DNA of 64,000 nucleotides, from the sequence record KX397373.1, one strand, 5' to 3'. How positions within the stretch are numbered: position 1 is the stretch's first letter; each line of letters starts with the position of its first letter. The position numbers and the translations under genes are program-made. The notes beneath the pieces are model-generated. The model did no database searches and was not told where the DNA came from. It saw only the letters and a list, made by a program, of their open reading frames with translations. Positions 16,603 to 26,364 of this stretch are shown in pieces.

Positions 16603-18459
16603 ATGGTAAAAGTAGTAGACACCAACGCAAACAACGCTTCTCAGAATGCTAACCTGAACACTGAAACTCAGGCACCTCTGGGCGGTAATGCATCTCAGCC
16701 TTCTGCTGCGGCAGCGGCTGCAAGCTCTCTTGGTAACGTGGGTCTGTTCGACCGTGCGTTCGGCTGGCAGAGCACCAACTCTTACGCTTCCGCTTACGTT
16801 GCTCAACTCGAGGAACTGGCGAAAGAAAACTCCTACCTGCGTGGCTTCAAATGGGGCATCGTTGACGGCGTCGGCGCGGACATGGGTTCTGCGGCTTACA
16901 TCGCTGGCGATTACAACGGTCATTGGCTGTACGGTATTCTGTTCTTCGAACGCGGTCAGTCTCTGCGTCTGAAAGAAACTACCGGTGGTGCTGAGTCTTA
17001 CTACACCATCACTGAACTGCTGGATACTGAGTTCCTGAAAACTGTATCCAAAACTATCCAGGCTACGCATCAGCTGCCTAACGCACACTTCATGGCGGTG
17101 AACTCCGTACCTGACCTCGGCAAGCAGCTGAGCAAAGAGTGGGCACAGCAGTTGACTGGTCAGCTGGCGCTGGGTATCTTCGGTCGTATCCAGGGCTTCC
17201 TGGGCCAGATGCAGCTGAGCAAATCCGATCGCTTCACCGCGCAGGTCTTCCAGCTGGATGATGGTTCTGTACTGGACGGCAACGGCCACGCACAACGTGC
17301 TGACTTCGGTGTGACCCTGGAACACGTTCCGGCAACCAGCGATAACAGCACCCCGACTCTGATGGACAACAGTCAGGCGCAGATGTATCCGCGTGTTCAC
17401 GGTGTTGGCTATGTCAACATGCGTTTCACCGGCCAGAAACCTGCGGTTAACGGCGTGCCAGATCTCAAGCAGCTTCAGGCGGAAATCGTCGTGTCGCTGA
17501 TGGACTCTCAGGCCGAAGGTTCTCGCGTTCCGATGGAACGTCAGATTCTGGAACTGGCAGCGTTCGCAGAAATCGCCTCTATTGGCGGCTGGCGCGACCT
17601 GTTCATGAAAGGTCTGAACGGTACCGATCGTAAATGGTCTCGTGTGGTTGAATACCTGAACTGGGGTACCGACCAGCGTCCGGACATCTCCAAAATCGAC
17701 AAGAGCCGCGAAGCGATTGAAGGTTGCCTGGATATGTTTGCACCGCGTGAAGCAGCGCTGGTTGTCAGCCATCGTGCCGGTAACGGTATCGGCGGTCTGT
17801 CTACCATCCTGTCTGAAATTGCCGGTAATTCCGATATCGCACTGAAACAGCTCCTCACCATTCTGAACGGCATGACCCCGCGTGCCAAGAAGTCTAACGA
17901 CGAGCTGATCGGTACCACCGGTACTAAGAACTTCACTCAGCGCTTTGCCGCCGCACTTGGCAAAGATACCATCACCTGTGCTGACGTCGTGAAAGCTGCC
18001 GTACCTACCGTATCCGGTGTGTACACTGGTAACACCCAGAAACGTAGCTTCCAGGACATGGACCTGGTGTCTGTGCTGACTAAGTTCGGCGACAACCAAA
18101 CTGATGTGTACACTTACCTGCACGCTCAGTCCTACTCCCACCGTGAACTGAACGCCCGTGCTCAGCGTATCTACATGCTGAAACTGGCTGCGGTTCTGTT
18201 CGGTGCTAAAGATGCGCGCATCACCGGCGAATCTCTGGACATGGCTGTGAACCCGGTATTCGCGAAATGCGTACTGGACTTCGTGCGTGAGAACTGCAAC
18301 TGGCAGCTGACTGGCGTATCTGCGCACAACAGCATCGCTAACTCCCTGTTCTTCAACAACGGCGGTGAGAACTTCACCCTGTCTGGAACTGGTAGCAGCG
18401 CGCAGGGTTCTGACTTCTCTCTGGGTGTATCAATCGGTAGCCTTGACCTGGGCCTGTAA
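16603..18459 (+). CDS. chmA: chimallin, the phage nuclear shell protein (phiKZ gp54-like)
   Basis: 618 aa with disordered N- and C-terminal arms and extreme codon bias; lies directly upstream of nvRNAP beta-prime-N, the conserved Chimalliviridae synteny. Confidence 0.85.
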   Translation: MVKVVDTNANNASQNANLNTETQAPLGGNASQPSAAAAAASSLGNVGLFDRAFGWQSTNSYASAYVAQLEELAKENSYLRGFKWGIVDGVGADMGSAAYIAGDYNGHWLYGILFFERGQSLRLKETTGGAESYYTITELLDTEFLKTVSKTIQATHQLPNAHFMAVNSVPDLGKQLSKEWAQQLTGQLALGIFGRIQGFLGQMQLSKSDRFTAQVFQLDDGSVLDGNGHAQRADFGVTLEHVPATSDNSTPTLMDNSQAQMYPRVHGVGYVNMRFTGQKPAVNGVPDLKQLQAEIVVSLMDSQAEGSRVPMERQILELAAFAEIASIGGWRDLFMKGLNGTDRKWSRVVEYLNWGTDQRPDISKIDKSREAIEGCLDMFAPREAALVVSHRAGNGIGGLSTILSEIAGNSDIALKQLLTILNGMTPRAKKSNDELIGTTGTKNFTQRFAAALGKDTITCADVVKAAVPTVSGVYTGNTQKRSFQDMDLVSVLTKFGDNQTDVYTYLHAQSYSHRELNARAQRIYMLKLAAVLFGAKDARITGESLDMAVNPVFAKCVLDFVRENCNWQLTGVSAHNSIANSLFFNNGGENFTLSGTGSSAQGSDFSLGVSIGSLDLGL

Positions 18460-18491
18460 GTCCCGGTTAAGTTGGTTGTAGTAAGTTAGGT

Positions 18492-18532
18492 AGGGACAGG
18501 GGCTAACGCCTCTGTCCCTTCTCTCTTTTTTT
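18492..18532 (+). terminator. intrinsic terminator
   Basis: AGGGACAGGGG-CTAACG-CCTCTGTCCCT followed by a T tract. Confidence 0.85.
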
Positions 18533-18546
18533 GTTGAGGTTGCAGA

Positions 18547-20148
18547 GTGGAAAAGGCACCGAAGTATTACGGCGTATCAGGCCGATTGATTAACCATGAC
18601 GGGTATTTGCGTGACCTCTATATCGAGGCAGCTGCAAAAGGCATTAAACCGCCAACCGTTATCAACGACGTTGCCAAGAACGGAGATGCAATTGAAACAG
18701 CCGAGCTTATCGATCAGATAATTCAGAACCGAATCGTCGACGAAGAACTGAACTCGGCACCCATCTGTAGTCTGACCTGCGAGAAACCGATTGCACACCG
18801 ACCGAATCTGGGTCGTAAGTGTCCAACCTGTGGTTACGTGGTAACAGAGCACCGTATCGAATCTGAAGTCTGGGTTCGGGCACCGGATGAGATGGGTAAT
18901 TTTATCAACCCGCGTTTCTGGGGTTTGTTTAATGCCTTCTTTGGCAGCAAGTTCAAGAAGTTCGACCGCAACAAAGTGACCGTTGAGCGTGGTTCGGATT
19001 TGATGATGTGGATTATCGATCCCTATTATCGTCCGGATGAAGCCGATGGTAAACGTGCGCACGTAGTGAAACGTATCTTAGAGGAACACCGCTTTGAACG
19101 TGGACTGCGGAACTTCATCGACCACCACAAAACAATCTTCGCCATCCTGACCAGCAGCGATGCCTGGCGGGAAATCTATCCACCCACGCGTCACAATGCA
19201 GCAGCCTCTGAGCTGTTACGTTCTCAATGGCAGCACTTCTTTGAGACACAGGCGCACGCGTTCTTCCCAACGCACCTTCCGCTGTTATCACCAAAGCTGA
19301 TTGTGACGGAAGAAGGACGTCGCGGTGTGATGATAGATCCGGTCTTTACCGGGGCAATTGATGCGGTGAAAAATATCGCATTGTTGTATACTCGCAGTAA
19401 ACCGATTGAGTCACGCTTCCTAATCAGTCGCGCAATCAAGGCCAATCGGCAGTTGGCGTACTTCTATATCGATTACCGTCGTGAAACGATGGAAGGTAAG
19501 CCTGGACACTATCGCGCGAAAATAGGGTCAACCTATATTCCGTTTGGTGGCCGAGCAACCATTTCACCGATCTCGGAACCGCACGATGCCTGGAAGCTAA
19601 AAGCTCCGTGGCGTTGGGCAGTGGGTCTGATGTCTGTGGATATCGAGAACAAGTTGCTACGCCGGGGGTACAGTCCTCGCCAGTGCGAACGCATCGTCGC
19701 GAAAGCGTGTATGCAGTATATGCCACTGGTGCACGAAATCTTCAAAGAGCTGATAGCGGAAACGCCTGGCGGTTTGGGGATTATGGTAGAGCCACTGCGT
19801 AACCCAACGTTGGTACAGTTGTCCGTACAGACGTTGTACATCGATGAGATTGTCACCGATGTGAACCAGTGTTCTCTGCGCATCTCTGACCGTGTGATTA
19901 AGATGGCGAACGGTGACTTCGATGGCGACCAATTCCAGGTACGTCGTCCAGTTGACCAGCGTGAGATGGAGCTGGCCTTGGCATACCGTCCGGATAACGG
20001 CTTTATGTCCAGCACCGATGTAGACCGTGTCGAACATGGCATGATTTTACATAACGAGCTTATCAGTATGCAGAACCAGTTCCTCATTGAGGCAGATGAG
20101 GATGCAGAGATGGGACTGTCGATAGAAGAGATACTTGCACAGGAGTAA
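18547..20148 (+). CDS. non-virion RNA polymerase beta-prime N-terminal subunit (phiKZ gp55-like)
   Basis: Zn finger C..C/CPTC and catalytic NGDFDGD. Confidence 0.92.
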   Translation: MEKAPKYYGVSGRLINHDGYLRDLYIEAAAKGIKPPTVINDVAKNGDAIETAELIDQIIQNRIVDEELNSAPICSLTCEKPIAHRPNLGRKCPTCGYVVTEHRIESEVWVRAPDEMGNFINPRFWGLFNAFFGSKFKKFDRNKVTVERGSDLMMWIIDPYYRPDEADGKRAHVVKRILEEHRFERGLRNFIDHHKTIFAILTSSDAWREIYPPTRHNAAASELLRSQWQHFFETQAHAFFPTHLPLLSPKLIVTEEGRRGVMIDPVFTGAIDAVKNIALLYTRSKPIESRFLISRAIKANRQLAYFYIDYRRETMEGKPGHYRAKIGSTYIPFGGRATISPISEPHDAWKLKAPWRWAVGLMSVDIENKLLRRGYSPRQCERIVAKACMQYMPLVHEIFKELIAETPGGLGIMVEPLRNPTLVQLSVQTLYIDEIVTDVNQCSLRISDRVIKMANGDFDGDQFQVRRPVDQREMELALAYRPDNGFMSSTDVDRVEHGMILHNELISMQNQFLIEADEDAEMGLSIEEILAQE

Positions 20149-20151
20149 TGA

Positions 20152-20742
20152 ATGGCAGGCATGTGGTTGCAAGGTAGTACCGTCTGGGGCAGACAGTCGG
20201 AAGGTTCCGGAATGTTTGATACATTCAAAGAGAATTTCTCTCTTGATGGAATCGCGGCGGATATGCTCGACAGCGTGAAGAAACACACCACGGAGTTAAT
20301 CTCCCTGGAGCGCTGGCGCGAGACGTTTACTGCTGCCCGTAAGTTGCGTTATAACGACGTGACAGACGTGGTACGTCAGCTTGATGAGCTGGGCGACTTC
20401 CAGTTCGCTAATGAAGCGTTGCAGCCTTTCCTCGTCGCTATGCCTGAGTATCGTAAGCTGTATAACGAGAAGATGGCCACTGGTTATGAGAACGGGTATT
20501 CACAAATCGATGCGTTCCGCGGTAATGCATACATGCACACCGACGACAACTATCGTGAAGTGACCTCCGGTATGAGTACGGGATACGATGACGAGAAGAT
20601 TTGGATTTGGGCGTCCAATGAAAATCGTGCAAACCGTCTGTCCAGTATTCAGAAGGTGGAAATGCAAATCAACTGGACACGTATGCGTGACTTCGACTGG
20701 GAAGATGGTGATCCCTGTTCGGAACTCGGCGCTACGTGCTAA
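20152..20742 (+). CDS. conserved hypothetical protein
   Basis: ORF coupled to the RNAP gene, followed by a terminator. Confidence 0.75.
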   Translation: MAGMWLQGSTVWGRQSEGSGMFDTFKENFSLDGIAADMLDSVKKHTTELISLERWRETFTAARKLRYNDVTDVVRQLDELGDFQFANEALQPFLVAMPEYRKLYNEKMATGYENGYSQIDAFRGNAYMHTDDNYREVTSGMSTGYDDEKIWIWASNENRANRLSSIQKVEMQINWTRMRDFDWEDGDPCSELGATC

Positions 20743-20773
20743 GAAAGAAGGGGCTTCGGCCTCTTCTTTTTTT
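20743..20773 (+). terminator. intrinsic terminator
   Basis: AAGAAGGGGC-TTCG-GCCTCTTCTT followed by a T run. Confidence 0.8.
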
Positions 20774-20789
20774 CTAAGAGGAAAAGAAG

Positions 20790-21176
20790 ATGCCGATAGC
20801 AGTAGGAACTCTGTCAACCCGTGGGTGGGCGAGAACCGCGAAAGAGCAGATTCGTGAACTGATGAATCATTACACTGAGGCAGGCTTTAGTCAGTCGCAG
20901 ATTTATCAGGGTAACGTAAAATCGCTGGCGAAAGCCATGCAGGTCTTCTCGCAAGATCCCGATGGGTTGGCGAACCGTGTCAAATCCGATCTCGAAAGCT
21001 TGTACGGGAATGTGTTCCCCGAAGGCGTTGAGGTCACCACGTCCTGGGAGTATGCTCAGGATTCCGATGTTCGTTACCGCATCAACATTTCACTGCGGGT
21101 AATGAAGAACGGTGAGTGGATTGATACGGAGCGTTATGTGGAAACAGAATCAAGCACGGTTGAGGATGAGTCATGA
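20790..21176 (+). CDS. conserved hypothetical protein (possible gp25-like baseplate wedge fold)
   Basis: 128 aa helix-helix-strand pattern; fold guess is weak. Confidence 0.6.
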   Translation: MPIAVGTLSTRGWARTAKEQIRELMNHYTEAGFSQSQIYQGNVKSLAKAMQVFSQDPDGLANRVKSDLESLYGNVFPEGVEVTTSWEYAQDSDVRYRINISLRVMKNGEWIDTERYVETESSTVEDES

Positions 21177-21865
21177 GTCAGCAAATTTTTAATGGCGTCC
21201 CGGTAGACGAACTCCACGGTAAGATGAAGTTTGAGTTCGATAAACTGTGTGACTTCGAAAAAGAATTGCTCGGTGGGCAATACGTGTGCAGTACCTTTAC
21301 CGAAGCGATGTTTCGCCGACAGGGTCTGCCGCTGCTGAGCGGGATGTTGGACAACACGTTTAACGAAGTGGCTTGGGAGAACTACGTCGGGAATGCCTTT
21401 GTGCCGCTCCAGATTGTATCCGATCTCGACCACTCGCAGCTACTGTTTACCATTCCCCCGCTGATGAACACTGGTCGCTCATTGCAGCATATCGAGGGGC
21501 AGGTGAGCCTGACCGAAGAGACAGAGAATATCCGTTTACAAGCGGATATCATCTCCGAAGTTGGTGAGCAGCAAATGCACCAGATGATTGACTCGACGCT
21601 TTCGGGTATTGAGCAACTGTCTTATCTGGAAAATGCGGTTGCCGCGAAATACAAAATCGACTTACTTAACTGGATATTCCGTCGCTACCAGCTTAATGGG
21701 CAATTGGAATACCCGGATGGTTTGTTAGATGTTGTGGCATTTGCCGAAGGGAAGGGGGTTGCAGCGCCGAGTACCAAGGCTGCTGTTGCCGCACAACCTA
21801 CGGCACAACCCGAAGTCAAACAAGTTAAGTCGGGCGGTATCGGCGATGGTGATGACGATTACTAA
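21173..21865 (+). CDS. conserved hypothetical protein
   Basis: ATGA-coupled ORF of 230 aa. Confidence 0.8.
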   Translation: MSQQIFNGVPVDELHGKMKFEFDKLCDFEKELLGGQYVCSTFTEAMFRRQGLPLLSGMLDNTFNEVAWENYVGNAFVPLQIVSDLDHSQLLFTIPPLMNTGRSLQHIEGQVSLTEETENIRLQADIISEVGEQQMHQMIDSTLSGIEQLSYLENAVAAKYKIDLLNWIFRRYQLNGQLEYPDGLLDVVAFAEGKGVAAPSTKAAVAAQPTAQPEVKQVKSGGIGDGDDDY

Positions 21866-22997
21866 TCCACCTCACAAACCTGTGGGTGTGAAAAGAATCT
21901 TCAGTACCGGGGATGTGCACCTGCTGCATAAGCGGGTGCCAACCTGGCACATTGTCATGGTGTTTAAAGAAGCACTGTTGGCATGTGGAAATACGATTGA
22001 TGCCCTTTATATAGCCGGGGACTTATTTGATGATTCCCGGCAGTTGCGCCAAGAGGATTCTCACGAAGCCGTGGGCTTTCTGACCTGGTTGCTCAACTGG
22101 GCAAAAGAGACAAATACGGCTATCCGTATTGTTGAAGGTACACCGTCCCACGATCACAATCAATCGAAGATCGTCGAGTCACTCAATGCAACCATTGGTG
22201 CCGATTGTCTGTATCTCGAGAAGATTGGTGTCTTTTACGATGGTGCACTGGAGGCACATGTCGGTTGGGTGCAGGATGAGTACAAGGCCATTGGCGCACC
22301 TGAAATTAATGCCAAATCCACCGAGGCGGAAATGGCAGAGTTGATGGCAACGCGCGGTTTGGAGAAAGTTGATTTCTTCTTCATGCACGGCTGTTTCCAG
22401 TTCCAACTCCCGATAGAGTCCCCCCGTTCGTTTAACGAGGAGTTTTGGGAATCGAGAGTCAATCATTTGATTATCATTCACCACGACCACAGAAACAAAC
22501 GTAAGGGTAAGATTCGTGTCACCGGCAGCCCTGAGAGGCTGGCACAAGGTGAAGAGGAAGACAAGGGTTTCGCCATTGTCGATTTCACCCCAGAGATTGC
22601 ACGAGATTATTTCTTGGTCAATCCCCGCGCATGTCCGCAGCGCAAAGTACGGGCACAGGAAGACTATGAAGCGCAATACGCCGAATGTCTCTCTGCTTTA
22701 TCGTATATCGATTCCCATCCGTCCGCTAGTATCGGTCGGTTCGAAGTCGAGTATTACCCAGGTTCTCCACTGGCCGAGCATGTGAATCAGTGGAAAAAAG
22801 AATATTCGTTCCACGTATCTGGGGAGCGAGTACGAACCTCCGAAGAGGAGGAGTTGTTGGTACAAGGCTTCTCTATCGATGCACCTGTCGATGAGATTAT
22901 TACGCAAGACAACGTCGAGCGTATCATGTTGGAAGAGTTGGCACCGTTTAAATACGATGCTGCTATTGTCACCAGCATTATCAGGAGCGTTGCATGA
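21852..22997 (+). CDS. SbcD/Mre11-like metallophosphoesterase nuclease
   Basis: GDVH, AGDLFD, GTPSHD, MHG and HHDH metallophosphoesterase motifs. Confidence 0.85.
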   Translation: MTITNPPHKPVGVKRIFSTGDVHLLHKRVPTWHIVMVFKEALLACGNTIDALYIAGDLFDDSRQLRQEDSHEAVGFLTWLLNWAKETNTAIRIVEGTPSHDHNQSKIVESLNATIGADCLYLEKIGVFYDGALEAHVGWVQDEYKAIGAPEINAKSTEAEMAELMATRGLEKVDFFFMHGCFQFQLPIESPRSFNEEFWESRVNHLIIIHHDHRNKRKGKIRVTGSPERLAQGEEEDKGFAIVDFTPEIARDYFLVNPRACPQRKVRAQEDYEAQYAECLSALSYIDSHPSASIGRFEVEYYPGSPLAEHVNQWKKEYSFHVSGERVRTSEEEELLVQGFSIDAPVDEIITQDNVERIMLEELAPFKYDAAIVTSIIRSVA

Positions 22998-23830
22998 CCC
23001 CTATTAGCGTTGACCGCAAATTTGGGTTTTATCAGATGTCCATCGCCAGTTCGCTGGCGTTTGAAGGGCTACTCCACACCGGCGAACATGCCGACTGGAA
23101 AGGCGAACTGCCAATCCATGACTATCAGGAAATTTTCCTGAATCTCCGGACCTTGTTCCGTAACGCTTTCTACGCGTTTGAAGAGAATCGTGAACGTTTA
23201 ACAGCTGACGTCTTACTGACATCGATTGAAGAAGATATTACAAATATCATGGCTACCGCTCAGGCGGTAGCCCCTTCGGTGTTATGTGTGCCGTATCTGT
23301 GCACGTATAAAAGTGCAAACAAAACGTTCCCGGAAGCTTCATTTCGTTCGATTGCCAGCGGGGAAAACAAGATGACGCCGACCATGCTCCACTATAATGC
23401 ACTGGAGCATGACACGCTGAAATTGTTCGATGAGAAGTGGCCCGAAGCGTACCGTAAGTTCGATGTGTTCCCAGACGGTAAGCACGACACCCTGATGTTA
23501 ACCCATCTGCCAGCAGACTTGTTGGCACGTACTGATTTTCCGAAGTTAGGCTTGTTAGAGTCCCACACGGGGAAGGTGAAGACCCAACTCGAATGGTACA
23601 CCAAGCTGAACAATAAACCTGAACAGATCCCGTTCAACAAAGCGTTCTTAACAATCTTTGGTGATGCGTATATGTTCGCCCCGTTAGACCGTAAAGTCCG
23701 TACCGTGTTACTGAAGACAGCGGAGAAATACCACTGGCGTCAGGACACAACCATGGATCGTATCTACAGTTGCTTGCGCCTGGTGAACGAACCCCATGTG
23801 ATGGAATTCTTACGTCGCTGCTCCCGCTAA
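22994..23830 (+). CDS. conserved hypothetical protein
   Basis: ATGA-coupled ORF of 278 aa in the core block. Confidence 0.8.
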   Translation: MTPISVDRKFGFYQMSIASSLAFEGLLHTGEHADWKGELPIHDYQEIFLNLRTLFRNAFYAFEENRERLTADVLLTSIEEDITNIMATAQAVAPSVLCVPYLCTYKSANKTFPEASFRSIASGENKMTPTMLHYNALEHDTLKLFDEKWPEAYRKFDVFPDGKHDTLMLTHLPADLLARTDFPKLGLLESHTGKVKTQLEWYTKLNNKPEQIPFNKAFLTIFGDAYMFAPLDRKVRTVLLKTAEKYHWRQDTTMDRIYSCLRLVNEPHVMEFLRRCSR

Positions 23831-23894
23831 AAATTTACGCATTAGGGTTATCCTGTGGGAACCCAAACATGCTTTACCGAAGGAATTAATTTAA

Positions 23895-24569
23895 ATGGTC
23901 AATCAAAATATTTTCAAAGAGAAATGGCTTTATCCGCAGACTGAACCGGATCAGCAAAACCGTACCCGTAAGTTGGGTATTGAGCCGAATGATTTTAACG
24001 GTGATGTCGAAGGCATGAAGTTCAACTATTCCTTCGCTAAAGGTGAAGGTCTGTACTTCTCTGCCCCCTTGACCGTTTGCCGTGACATCGTTGACACGCT
24101 GATCGCCACTCTGTCTAAACCAGAAAAATCGGTGATTAAGTTTACCAACGAAAACGGCAACAAACCGCCGGTCAGTATTCACGTTGGTCGTGATGAAAAC
24201 CTGGTACCGTTCATGGCAATCTCTGGTGAAATCCAGGGCGCAGGCGCGCGCCAGAAGAAGTTCTACTTCTCTTATCCGAAAGGCTTCCGTGTATTCCGTA
24301 ACGGTGAGCAGGTAAGCGATCTCGAATTGGCCGAACGTGCATGTCGTGCGTTTACCAAAAACTTCGACCTGTTCGTGCGTGACCTGGAAGAGAAGTACAA
24401 GCCGCGTGAGTTTAACAACACGGGTGGTGGTAACTTCGGTCGTGGCGGTTATAATGGCGGTGGCGGTAATGGTGGCGGAAACCGTGGTGGTAATAACGGT
24501 GGCGGCTATCAACAGCAGCAACAGTCTCAACCCCCGTCAACTACTGACAGCTACGACGATTTCGTATAA
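23895..24569 (+). CDS. chmC: ChmC-like nucleus-associated RNA-binding protein
   Basis: Two genes upstream of PicA; folded N-domain followed by a Gly/Asn-rich disordered tail (GGNFGRGGYNGGGGN...). Confidence 0.7.
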   Translation: MVNQNIFKEKWLYPQTEPDQQNRTRKLGIEPNDFNGDVEGMKFNYSFAKGEGLYFSAPLTVCRDIVDTLIATLSKPEKSVIKFTNENGNKPPVSIHVGRDENLVPFMAISGEIQGAGARQKKFYFSYPKGFRVFRNGEQVSDLELAERACRAFTKNFDLFVRDLEEKYKPREFNNTGGGNFGRGGYNGGGGNGGGNRGGNNGGGYQQQQQSQPPSTTDSYDDFV

Positions 24570-24653
24570 TTAATAAAGCGCAAAGCCCGAGGGATTTCCC
24601 TCGGGCTACAAAGCTGCTATGTGTACAAGAGTGCAGTGAAAGAGAACTGAGAT

Positions 24654-24670
24654 AGATATTATCTTGGTGC
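24654..24670 (+). promoter_or_regulatory. promoter-like motif
   Basis: AGATATTATC-TTG-GTGC, upstream of the gp68-like gene. Confidence 0.5.
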
Positions 24671-24698
24671 AATCGACTATTCGCGGAGCTTTACCATA

Positions 24699-26345
24699 AT
24701 GAAAATTGAGAAAAATCGTGACCGCCTGGTCATCCGTCTGGATGATAAAGAGGTGGGGTTTAACGGTTTCCGTGGCACTCGTAAGGACTCTAACGTTCCT
24801 GATGTCTACGATGCCAAAGGAGCAGTGATTCCCCGTGACCGGATTATGTTCATGGAAATCGAACGTTATTGGATGACGTTGAGTGCTGACGAAAAAGCAG
24901 ACCTGTTCGGGGCGTATGCTGAGCTGGAGCTGTTGGCCAACGAGCCACCGGAAGTGGTACGTAATCATACCCCTCGCCTGGTGGAAAAGATTTCTCGTTA
25001 TCATCGTGCTGATCGCTTTAAGCAACTGTACCCACTCAGTTCTGTCTGGATTCCGGAAAACATGTCAGGGACACACGATGACATGTCGACCAATTATCCG
25101 GAGGCGATGACGTATATCGTCTCGGACTATTACGAGCTGATTATCTTAGCGATGATGATTAAGCCGTTCATTCCGGTGTTCCTGAGCCTCGGGGCTTTCC
25201 CGACCAGTAAAGGCGCAGCGGTGGAGATGAAACGCAAGAACGTCTATAACCTGACGTACTGCATGGAACTCCTCAGTGATACTGACATCATGAAGTTGCC
25301 TGCGATTCCAAAGCTTCGTGGCTTCCTGGATAGCGTGCTGGAGAAAGTCCAACGTGACCAATCCAACAAAGGCATGATGTCAACCAGCTTGTCTGTGCTG
25401 GCCACCGTCAGTGGTTACGGTACGGACATGATGGAAGAGTACGTGATGGCGTTCGCTATCATTCGTTTACTGTCGATGCGCCTGATTGGGGCGGAACTGC
25501 CGAAAGGTACGATGGTAGAGAATAACATGGTGGCGGGGCTGTTCTTTAACGTGAAGCAGGAGATTGAGACGGGGTTTGCTGGTAAGATCTCGAATCAGAA
25601 CGTGCTGTTAAAGCAACATCCTGAGAACGTGGTGTTCAACGGGGAACGCGGCAAGATTAACTCAACGGACTTGATTCAAGCCCGTACCGCAGCACCGATT
25701 AAAGAGTACGTGCGTACTGAGGTCTTCTTTAAAGATTACCGCAAAGCGCTCAAGTGCCTGGACATCGCAGTTCCTCCGGCAGATGTGAAGACGCTGATTG
25801 ATTCTGTTCAGCTGAATCACACCTCGCCGTTCTACGAGATGCACGAGTGGCTGATGGCTGCGGCATTGCATCGGTTTGCCGATAGACGCACCTATAAAGA
25901 CATTGACGCCGAGGCGTTCATGTGCGGTATGGGGTTAGCACAAGCGGTGTACCTGAACTACGGAATGCCTGAAATCGCCCAACTGTTAAGTTGTGAGATG
26001 ATTCAGTCTGACCTCAGTACCGGGTATCCGATTGAACCTATCGACAATGAAATCAAAATAAAGACGGATAGATATTATCCTCAAGCATACCGTGGACAAC
26101 GCAATACCAGCGAGTCCTCAACTTTACGTGATTCTCTCAACCTTCTGTTTCGTGAACACGTTGGGCCGTTCTTCTTCCATCTCAGGGCAACACCGGAAGC
26201 AGCCATGCTGCTCAAGTGTGAAATGGATATTGAAGCATACAGTCCGCACAAACGTATTCAGAACATGCTGGCCGAATTCTTGTTAATTCAGGCACGCAAG
26301 AAAACTGAAGAAGTTGATTGGTTTAATGACAAGGCATCGGCTTGA
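24699..26345 (+). CDS. nvRNAP promoter-specificity subunit (phiKZ gp68-like)
   Basis: 548 aa helical protein between ChmC and PicA; call rests on synteny and size. Confidence 0.7.
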   Translation: MKIEKNRDRLVIRLDDKEVGFNGFRGTRKDSNVPDVYDAKGAVIPRDRIMFMEIERYWMTLSADEKADLFGAYAELELLANEPPEVVRNHTPRLVEKISRYHRADRFKQLYPLSSVWIPENMSGTHDDMSTNYPEAMTYIVSDYYELIILAMMIKPFIPVFLSLGAFPTSKGAAVEMKRKNVYNLTYCMELLSDTDIMKLPAIPKLRGFLDSVLEKVQRDQSNKGMMSTSLSVLATVSGYGTDMMEEYVMAFAIIRLLSMRLIGAELPKGTMVENNMVAGLFFNVKQEIETGFAGKISNQNVLLKQHPENVVFNGERGKINSTDLIQARTAAPIKEYVRTEVFFKDYRKALKCLDIAVPPADVKTLIDSVQLNHTSPFYEMHEWLMAAALHRFADRRTYKDIDAEAFMCGMGLAQAVYLNYGMPEIAQLLSCEMIQSDLSTGYPIEPIDNEIKIKTDRYYPQAYRGQRNTSESSTLRDSLNLLFREHVGPFFFHLRATPEAAMLLKCEMDIEAYSPHKRIQNMLAEFLLIQARKKTEEVDWFNDKASA

Positions 26346-26364
26346 CCTTAAGGAGTATTGAACA

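Noticed and set aside
16537-18327. 596-aa ORF antisense to chimallin
   Set aside because: It mirrors the chimallin frame. The gene avoids TTA, CTA and TCA codons, which removes antisense stops; the product looks non-biological.
24584-24606. Hairpin GCCCGAGGG-ATTT-CCCTCGGGC after chmC as a terminator
   Set aside because: There is no T tract; it may be a stability or processing element, but evidence is insufficient.
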